Of a stretch of 7,068 bases of DNA, positions 1 through 4,823 are shown piece after piece. The DNA comes from a virus. Location: IMG/VR virus record IMGVR_UViG_3300008222_000005; one strand, given 5' to 3'. The position numbers and the translations under genes were made by a program. How positions within the stretch are numbered: position 1 is the stretch's first letter; the number at the start of each line of letters is the position of its first letter. The notes under the pieces were generated by a model. That model had not been told where the DNA came from, did no database searches, and was given only the letters and a program-made list of their open reading frames with translations.

Positions 1-123
1 CCTTTTTTTAAAAGTTGATAGCAAAAGCGTTTACCTGGTAAGTAAATCTGATAGCAAATTCTCTGCTGAAGTCTTCCGTTCGTGGGCATCAGTGATAGCA
101 TTTAGCTTTTTATCCGATTCAAC
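1..123. repeat. Left copy of the 123-bp direct terminal repeat (circularisation overlap or tandem-copy junction)
   Basis: Base-by-base identical to 6946-7068 (offset 6945). Confidence 0.95.
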
Positions 124-246
124 CAAACGCTCAGCATTTTCAATTAACCATAAAACTGCTTTGCTTTTTGTTGAATGATAAGATGAATCCATAAACTTAC
201 TTAAATATTTCTCTTGGTTCTCATCAAGTCTTAATGTAATAGCCAT
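31..246 (-). CDS. Ribbon-helix-helix (CopG/Arc/MetJ-like) DNA-binding protein, 71 aa; candidate phage regulator
   Basis: The N-terminus MAITLRLDENQEKYLSKFMD...SKAVLWLIENAERL fits a beta-strand/helix/helix RHH pattern. A strong SD (AAGGAG) lies 7 nt upstream of the ATG at 246. An extended -10 promoter lies just upstream. The last ~25 codons overlap two TGATAGCA copies. Confidence 0.7.
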   Translation of the reverse strand: MAITLRLDENQEKYLSKFMDSSYHSTKSKAVLWLIENAERLVESDKKLNAITDAHERKTSAENLLSDLLTR

Positions 247-278
247 TGTTTAACTCCTTTTGATTTGTTTATTCGTCT

Positions 279-287
279 ATTATAACA
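279..287 (-). promoter_or_regulatory. Extended -10 promoter element (TGTTATAAT on the minus strand) for the 71-aa RHH gene
   Basis: The reverse complement of 279-287 reads TGTTATAAT, matching TGnTATAAT. It lies ~33 nt upstream of the ATG at 246. The -35 position overlaps the iteron at 302-309. Confidence 0.55.
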
Positions 288-425
288 AAATCAAGATAAA
301 ATGATAGCATTTAAACGACTTGATAAGTTGTTTTGATAGCAAAAGTGATATTGGTCACGATTGCATTTTGATACCCGATTATCAAAACTCTAATTTGATA
401 AATCAAAATTGGAATTTGATTTGCT

Positions 426-447
426 TGGTTTTGCTATCAAAAAACCA
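426..447 (-). other. 7-bp stem hairpin presenting TTGATAGC in its 8-nt loop on the gene-sense strand; candidate Rep nick site / plus-strand origin
   Basis: Stem 426-432 (TGGTTTT) pairs with 441-447 (AAAACCA). Loop 433-440 reads TTGATAGC on the minus strand. This is the only iteron copy oriented on the gene-sense strand. Confidence 0.35.
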
Positions 448-505
448 TTACCGGTTCGTGATTTTGATAGCAATAAGTCGCCCTGGCAAAACAATATTGA
501 TAGCA

Positions 506-1726
506 TTAATTCATAGCAACAATAGAGTTAATAGGCTCCGCAGCATCAGGGTTAGATTCCTCTTGTTCTTCAATTTCAGGAGCGCAAGTAACAACACGCC
601 TAAACTCATTATAAGTAAGCGTATAAACACACTCAGTTAAAGCTGAGACAGAATAGCCAATATCCGATAAATCAGCATTCGTGGTTTTAAACATAAACTT
701 ACTATTCAAATAAACATCAAAGTAAATAATATCTAGAACTGAATCAGAATCAGTACTTAATGTATTACCAATCCTTTGATATTTAACCTGCCGCATACTA
801 CCAGTAGCATAAAAATCATAATTATCTAATGGCCCTAAAGAACCATACAAATTTTCATTATCAGAAATTATATAATTAGGATTAAATTTATCACTATCAG
901 AGTGTGGCTTTACTGACATGGGTAAGTTTGAATCTAAAGGCAGAACATCAGAATCAAAATCAGCATCAACGGTGACAGCTGGCGTTTCAACAACAGGCAA
1001 AGGATTATTTTTAGACTGATGATCAAAATAAAGATTAACCAAAATACCAATACCTAATATCATAAATATTGCAGAGCCGACGACAGGCCAAGAACGCCAG
1101 ATAGATTTAACATCACCAGCATGTGCTTCTTTTACTGCGTCATTAGATGCAGTGTGAGATTGGTAATATTTAAAATACGTCTTTTTATATTTTCGCTGAG
1201 AAGTATTAACAGTTTCACCAGCTGCACCAGTTCTAACTTTTTGCGTATAAGTGTTCGGAGAGCCTAACGCGGTATTTTTTTGGCATGAATAAGTAAGCTC
1301 TATCATGTCTTTAATATCACGATTTAACTTTCGCAGATTTTGAGTAATAAGAACAATATCGATACCATGATGACGATGCATTGAATACCATTCTAAAATA
1401 GGAACATTACAACCGCGAGTGGGTAAAACCATATGGGCTTCATCGACAACATAAAGCGCAGCCTGACCCTTATCATTACGCCATTCATCACTATAATCTT
1501 TAATAGTAGAAAACGGACGTTCATTAGAGCCAAAATCTGTAAGTTTACCGTCAACAACTAAAACAAGTTCTCTAACTTCTTCACCGAATGTTTTAACTAA
1601 TAATTCAACATTTAAAGGTAAATTAGTTATAACTTTACGACCTTTAGAAAGCGCTGGGATAATATGATAAACAACAGCCTCATAAGACTTGCCGCCTCCG
1701 GGCTTTCCTACTATTCCATAAATCAT
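506..1726 (-). CDS. zot: Zot / pI-family phage assembly ATPase (zonular occludens toxin-like P-loop NTPase), 406 aa
   Basis: Walker A GKPGGGKS (1685-1708), Walker B LYVVDEAH (1433-1456) and a central TM segment WPVVGSAIFMILGIGILVNLYF. The start overlaps the upstream stop (TAATG at 1724-1728). It occupies the canonical position after the pVI-like gene. Confidence 0.9.
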   Translation of the reverse strand: MIYGIVGKPGGGKSYEAVVYHIIPALSKGRKVITNLPLNVELLVKTFGEEVRELVLVVDGKLTDFGSNERPFSTIKDYSDEWRNDKGQAALYVVDEAHMVLPTRGCNVPILEWYSMHRHHGIDIVLITQNLRKLNRDIKDMIELTYSCQKNTALGSPNTYTQKVRTGAAGETVNTSQRKYKKTYFKYYQSHTASNDAVKEAHAGDVKSIWRSWPVVGSAIFMILGIGILVNLYFDHQSKNNPLPVVETPAVTVDADFDSDVLPLDSNLPMSVKPHSDSDKFNPNYIISDNENLYGSLGPLDNYDFYATGSMRQVKYQRIGNTLSTDSDSVLDIIYFDVYLNSKFMFKTTNADLSDIGYSVSALTECVYTLTYNEFRRVVTCAPEIEEQEESNPDAAEPINSIVAMN

Positions 1727-2034
1727 TAGCTACCCAACCTTACAAAAGGAATTAATTGAAGAATCAAACGTATACCAATAGCAGAAGAAATAATGACAAG
1801 CGCATTAGGCAAACCGACCTGAACAAAAACCCAAGCGACTTGTGAAGGAATAGCACTCATATAAGAACTAACATCCATTTGACCAAACAAACCAGTAAGA
1901 CCAGAAAGCAAATAAGTTACAGCTGAAAAAACTGACTCTAAAGCCCATAAAAACAAGTCTTTCAATGCAGTAATTAACGTAAGAAACAAACGATAAAAGA
2001 AAACCGCTATACCATCAAAAAAATCAGTAAGCAT
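1726..2034 (-). CDS. pVI-like / Ace-position minor coat membrane protein, 102 aa
   Basis: Very hydrophobic with multiple predicted TM stretches. It lies between the pIII-like and Zot genes, as in Ff (gVI) and CTXphi (ace), and is translationally coupled to zot. Confidence 0.7.
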   Translation of the reverse strand: MLTDFFDGIAVFFYRLFLTLITALKDLFLWALESVFSAVTYLLSGLTGLFGQMDVSSYMSAIPSQVAWVFVQVGLPNALVIISSAIGIRLILQLIPFVRLGS

Positions 2035-2039
2035 AATTA

Positions 2040-3578
2040 TTAACCCCCAAATATCATACTTCTAGCAGATGCTAAAGCAGTAAAAACAATACAAAATCTA
2101 ATAAACGACCATATAAATCCAAATCTTGAAATGAGATCGCCACAACCGTAGTGACCAAAAACGCCAAAATCTAAACACAATTCAAATGATGGTGCTGAAG
2201 CAGAACTTAAATCTAATGACGTAAAACTTTTAGATAAATTATAAAGAGGACCATTTTTTATATTGGTAACAAATGAAGATACAAGACCATTTAAACCATT
2301 TTGATAATAACTATTTCTAAAACCAATGCAGGTATCATTTTTATAACAATTACCATCACCAGAAGTATCGACAGTACCAAGGTCATCAAGCTTTTCACCT
2401 AACGAATCAAGTTTTTGACCCAAACCATCAAAACCATCTTGATTTATTTTACCAAGACCATCAAAGCCAGAATCTAAATTATCACCAAGACCATCAACCT
2501 TATTGCCAAGTCCATCAATCCCACCGCTAAGATCCCCGAACTTATCACCAAGCAAATTAAAACCATCAGCGGTAGTTGTACCAAGTTCATTAAAGCCGTG
2601 TTCAGTCGAGGATCTAATGGCATCCAAACCTAGAGTGCTAGAGGATTCCAGAGAGGACAATTTAGATAATAACTCTTTATTATCAGGACTCGTAGGGTCT
2701 GGATTAGTTGGGTCTGGATTAGTTGGGTCTGGATTAGTTGGGTCTGGAGGAGTGTTAATATTACATTCAGTTTTAACTTTTTTTGTCAGCTCACTACAAC
2801 TTTTAATAACAAAACTAAATGTATTATTACCAGCTCTCATAGAACAAAGCGCCCTATTTGAATTAACTTTTGAAACAGCCGCAGAAGATGAACAATATGT
2901 TTTAGTTGGGTCTTCACTTTCATCTCCACAATTAAGCATGCAAGGCAAATCACCACCGCCACCGCCACCAGTAGAACCACCAGAACCACCAGAACCACCA
3001 GAACCACCAGAACCACCAGAACCACCAGAACCACCAGAACCACCGCCAGTATTAGGGTCAATAGGGTCAGGATTAGGATTGCCTTGTTCGCCTAATGGGT
3101 CATCATCACTCGTTTCAAAATCAGTGCAGGAAGATAAATATTGACCTTTTTCAGAATCACACCTCTCATTAAAAAAAAGAGGTGCCAAGCAAGAAGCCTT
3201 AGATGATTCACGAGCTTGATTAACTTCATCAGAACCACAAAAATCTGGCTCAGGCTCAGGCTCAGGCTCAGGAGGTGGAGTATAAGCCCTTAAATAAACA
3301 TACCCTTTCGTTTGTTTATATCTAGAACCGCATGAAGGTTTCATATTAATCCAAAAAGACAATTTTCTACCAGTAGCTGAAGTTGGAGTGACATATGTAA
3401 TAAATTGACCGTTAGACATCGGTAAACACTGATTTGTCAACGCTGCTTGAGCCTCTGTATAACTAGCATAAGTTTTACCAACATAACCAGCAGGTAAATT
3501 ACCACCCGAAATTTGAACACCAGCAAAAGAGTTAAACGAACTCAAATAAAGTATCAATAAAAAAAATATTTTTCTCAT
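2040..3578 (-). CDS. pIII-like minor coat / host-adsorption protein, 512 aa (start trimmed to the internal Met of the 546-aa ORF)
   Basis: Signal peptide MRKIFFLLILYLSSFNSFA begins at the ATG at 3578, directly after the terminator. Cys-containing modules are separated by (EP)n, (GGS)8 and (PDPTN)n linkers. A Gly/Asp-rich DGLG repeat region and a hydrophobic C-terminal anchor (FGFIWSFIRFCIVFTALA) follow. The architecture matches Ff g3p. Confidence 0.8.
   Translation of the reverse strand: MRKIFFLLILYLSSFNSFAGVQISGGNLPAGYVGKTYASYTEAQAALTNQCLPMSNGQFITYVTPTSATGRKLSFWINMKPSCGSRYKQTKGYVYLRAYTPPPEPEPEPEPDFCGSDEVNQARESSKASCLAPLFFNERCDSEKGQYLSSCTDFETSDDDPLGEQGNPNPDPIDPNTGGGSGGSGGSGGSGGSGGSGGSGGSTGGGGGGDLPCMLNCGDESEDPTKTYCSSSAAVSKVNSNRALCSMRAGNNTFSFVIKSCSELTKKVKTECNINTPPDPTNPDPTNPDPTNPDPTSPDNKELLSKLSSLESSSTLGLDAIRSSTEHGFNELGTTTADGFNLLGDKFGDLSGGIDGLGNKVDGLGDNLDSGFDGLGKINQDGFDGLGQKLDSLGEKLDDLGTVDTSGDGNCYKNDTCIGFRNSYYQNGLNGLVSSFVTNIKNGPLYNLSKSFTSLDLSSASAPSFELCLDFGVFGHYGCGDLISRFGFIWSFIRFCIVFTALASARSMIFGG
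2695..2748 (-). repeat. 15-bp tandem repeat x3.6 (GGGTCTGGATTAGTT) encoding the PDPTN linker of the pIII-like protein
   Basis: Perfect units at 2695-2709, 2710-2724 and 2725-2739, with a partial unit at 2740-2748. Confidence 0.95.
2973..3044 (-). repeat. 9-bp tandem repeat x8 (AGAACCACC) encoding the (GGS)8 linker of the pIII-like protein
   Basis: Eight perfect consecutive units. They are flanked by further Gly codons (GGGGGG on the C-terminal side). Confidence 0.95.
3247..3270 (-). repeat. 6-bp tandem repeat x4 (GGCTCA) encoding the (EP)n linker of the pIII-like protein
   Basis: Four perfect units encoding PEPEPEPEP. Confidence 0.9.
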
Positions 3579-3588
3579 AATTAAACCC

Positions 3589-3613
3589 AAAAAAAAGCCC
3601 CGATAAACGAGGC
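3589..3613 (-). terminator. Rho-independent terminator between the coat-gene block and the pIII-like gene
   Basis: The minus strand reads GCCTCG-TTTAT-CGGGGC (6-bp stem with one G-U pair) followed by T8 (3596-3589). The position matches the Ff terminator after gVIII. Confidence 0.75.
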
Positions 3614-3619
3614 AATTAA

Positions 3620-3709
3620 TTAACGTAAATTTTGACTGACAACAAATGCTGAAATTGCACCTACAAGAACATAAACGCAAATAACAACATCATGTATGAC
3701 AATAGCCAT
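3620..3709 (-). CDS. Unlisted 29-aa hydrophobic ORF (MAIVIHDVVICVYVLVGAISAFVVSQNLR); candidate pVII/pIX-like minor coat protein
   Basis: The ATG at 3709 lies 1 nt after the coat-gene stop (TAG at 3713-3711), with AAGG 6 nt upstream. It has a single hydrophobic helix with a basic C-terminus and a TAA stop at 3620-3622, and is followed by the terminator. Hand-translated; it is below the ORF-track size cutoff. Confidence 0.4.
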   Translation of the reverse strand: MAIVIHDVVICVYVLVGAISAFVVSQNLR

Positions 3710-3710
3710 T

Positions 3711-3932
3711 CTATGCCTTGCTGATTACACGCTTAGCAAGACCAATGCCTTTAACTGACATAGCAATACCAACAATCACAACACCAAGACCAGCAACAGC
3801 AGTGCCAACAGAGCTAAGATCGATAGCTGTAAAGTACGCATCAATACTTGAACCTTCTGCAAAAGACGGAGCTGAAACAGCAGCAACTACAACAAAAGCA
3901 CCAATTTTTTTTAACTGTTTAAATTTTTTCAT
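3711..3932 (-). CDS. Major coat protein (pVIII-like), 73-aa precursor
   Basis: Signal peptide MKKFKQLKKIGAFVVVAAVSAPSFA. The mature ~48 aa has an acidic N-terminus (EGSSIDAYFTAID), a hydrophobic core (VGTAVAGLGVVIVGIAM) and a basic C-terminus (KGIGLAKRVISKA), the textbook inovirus coat layout. Confidence 0.9.
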   Translation of the reverse strand: MKKFKQLKKIGAFVVVAAVSAPSFAEGSSIDAYFTAIDLSSVGTAVAGLGVVIVGIAMSVKGIGLAKRVISKA

Positions 3933-3934
3933 TT

Positions 3935-4174
3935 TTAAATCTTCCGTATTAAATTTTGAGCTATCTTTATTGGGTAGCTAGCTAAGAACCCTACGCCTAG
4001 AATGGCTACAAAACCAAAACTAAACGCTGCTGAAATATCAGAGGGACTTACAGAAACATAATCAAACCAGAAGTCATACTCAGATTTAGAAACCAAAATA
4101 TAACCATTACAATCTTCAATATCTTGATTGGTTTTCTGTAAAAAACCCTGTGAATTAACAGCAACGCAAAGCAT
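3935..4174 (-). CDS. 79-aa protein with a C-terminal TM helix and basic tail; possible minor virion/membrane protein
   Basis: The C-terminus is AAFSFGFVAILGVGFLASYPIKIAQNLIRKI. It is tightly packed between the ssDNA-binding-position gene (3-nt gap) and the coat gene (2-nt gap). I recognise no family. Confidence 0.55.
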   Translation of the reverse strand: MLCVAVNSQGFLQKTNQDIEDCNGYILVSKSEYDFWFDYVSVSPSDISAAFSFGFVAILGVGFLASYPIKIAQNLIRKI

Positions 4175-4177
4175 TAA

Positions 4178-4483
4178 TTAAGCTGCCTTATTGGATGGAT
4201 GGAAGCCAACAACTTTAATGACCATCTCACCTTTTTTAACCGTTGTTTCGATATCAACAAGACAAGTACCAGGTACTTGACCGGAATTTGCTAAAGTTCT
4301 GCAAAGTTGATTGTCATTGTCGGTAGAAACTTTAACCTTTGCGTGCTTCTGGCCTACATCTATACGTTCTGCGGTAATTTGTGATGATTGAGCATCATCT
4401 AAAATAATTACACTTGCGTATAAATCACCGCCATTATCTAATTTACCTGCTGATATGCTTAAAATCTGCATTGGTACTTTCAT
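4178..4483 (-). CDS. Putative ssDNA-binding protein (gV / RstB position), 101 aa
   Basis: First gene of the structural operon downstream of rep. It is small and beta-rich-looking with no TM segment. A GAGG SD lies 4-5 nt upstream of the ATG at 4483. The function is assigned by position and size only. Confidence 0.55.
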   Translation of the reverse strand: MKVPMQILSISAGKLDNGGDLYASVIILDDAQSSQITAERIDVGQKHAKVKVSTDNDNQLCRTLANSGQVPGTCLVDIETTVKKGEMVIKVVGFHPSNKAA

Positions 4484-4495
4484 AAAGCCTCACTG

Positions 4496-4527
4496 ATTTG
4501 GAACGAATTTGGAACGAATTTGAAACA
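4496..4527. promoter_or_regulatory. 11-bp tandem direct repeat (ATTTGGAACGA x2 plus a degenerate third, ATTTGAAACA); candidate operator in a divergent promoter region
   Basis: Units at 4496-4506 and 4507-4517, with a degenerate unit at 4518-4527. It lies in the 111-bp region between the ssb-position gene (-) and the RHH-like gene (+). It overlaps a candidate minus-strand promoter: TTGATA at 4546-4541, a 17-nt spacer, then TCAAAT at 4523-4518. An alternative is TTGAAT at 4565-4560 with TACATT at 4542-4537. Confidence 0.5.
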
Positions 4528-4594
4528 TGTGTGGCTAATGTATCAATGATGTTATGAAGATTCAAGAGTTACTATAAAAAAAGAGGTAGAAAAT

Positions 4595-4801
4595 ATGCAC
4601 AATGATAATAGTGATTATAAAAAGATGATTGAAAACGATATGGCCAACATGTCTAAAATGCTAAGTAGTAAGGGAACTACAACCGTGAGAATTAAAAATG
4701 GAGTTTATGAAAAGGTAAAAGAGATATGCGAAAAAGATAATTTAATGTTAGTGGACTATATAAATACAGCTGTAGCTGAAAAAATAATCAGAGATAAATA
4801 A
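4595..4801 (+). CDS. 68-aa putative ribbon-helix-helix regulator, the only plus-strand gene
   Basis: AGAGG SD 8 nt upstream of the ATG. The core TTVRIKNGVYEKVKEICEKDNLMLVDYINTAVAEKII fits a strand-helix-helix pattern. A GC hairpin follows directly. It is convergent with rep and divergent from the structural operon. Confidence 0.65.
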   Translation: MHNDNSDYKKMIENDMANMSKMLSSKGTTTVRIKNGVYEKVKEICEKDNLMLVDYINTAVAEKIIRDK

Positions 4802-4803
4802 AT

Positions 4804-4820
4804 GGGGGCGAACCCCCTTT
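4804..4820. terminator. Short GC hairpin (GGGGG-CGAA-CCCCC) plus TTT between convergent genes; probable bidirectional terminator
   Basis: Stem 4804-4808 / 4813-4817, loop CGAA, T-run 4818-4820. It sits in the 22-nt gap between the stops of the 68-aa gene (4801) and rep (4824). Confidence 0.55.
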
Positions 4821-4823
4821 ATA

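Larger units (their letters stand above)
16..518 (+). repeat. Iteron/operator array of the 8-mer TGATAGCA (8 perfect copies plus degenerate copies)
   Basis: Perfect direct copies at 16-23, 49-56, 93-100, 302-309, 334-341, 465-472 and 498-505. One inverted copy (TGCTATCA) at 432-439. Degenerate TGATA-type copies at 321-328, 346-353, 369-376, 379-384 (inverted), 396-403, 417-424 and 511-518. Longer identities: TTGATAGCAAAAG at 15-27 and 333-345; TGATAGCATTTA at 93-104 and 302-313. Copies 16, 49 and 93 recur at 6961, 6994 and 7038 in the terminal repeat. Confidence 0.85.

Noticed and set aside
302-313. Resemblance of ATGATAGCA to the P22 Arc operator half (as I recall it, ATGATAGAAGCAC)
   Set aside because: The shared TGATAG is short and I am relying on memory for the Arc operator. 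It supports the idea of an RHH operator only loosely and is not evidence of homology.
16-518. Possible CRISPR array
   Set aside because: The repeat unit is only 8 bp (12-13 bp at most with flanks). Spacing is irregular (32-209 bp), one copy is inverted, and copies lie inside a CDS. This does not fit CRISPR architecture.
320-640. 106-aa plus-strand ORF from the track
   Set aside because: It runs through the iteron-filled non-coding region and then antisense into the 3' end of zot. It has no SD, and its low-complexity Ile/Leu/Asn-rich translation is typical of AT-rich non-coding DNA.
506-1726. Calling the Zot homologue an enterotoxin or virulence factor
   Set aside because: The recognisable part is the N-terminal P-loop assembly ATPase common to all inovirus pI proteins. 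I see nothing in the C-terminal domain that supports toxin activity.
2837-3061. 74-aa minus-strand ORF (VLVVLVVLVV...)
   Set aside because: It is an alternative frame of the (GGS)8 9-bp repeat inside the pIII-like gene, so it is a repeat-driven artefact.
2503-3144. 213-aa plus-strand ORF antisense to the pIII-like gene
   Set aside because: Its open frame is produced by the tandem repeats (PEPPEPPEPP, GLVGSGLVGS). It is a mirror-image artefact of the linker repeats.
3579-3680. 34-codon N-terminal extension of the pIII-like ORF (MRLCSCRCNFSICC...)
   Set aside because: The extension reads through the intrinsic terminator and overlaps the 29-aa ORF. It is Cys-rich nonsense, and a textbook signal peptide starts at the internal Met (3578).
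3718-3981. 87-aa plus-strand ORF
   Set aside because: It is antisense to the well-supported major coat gene and its neighbour, and has no SD.
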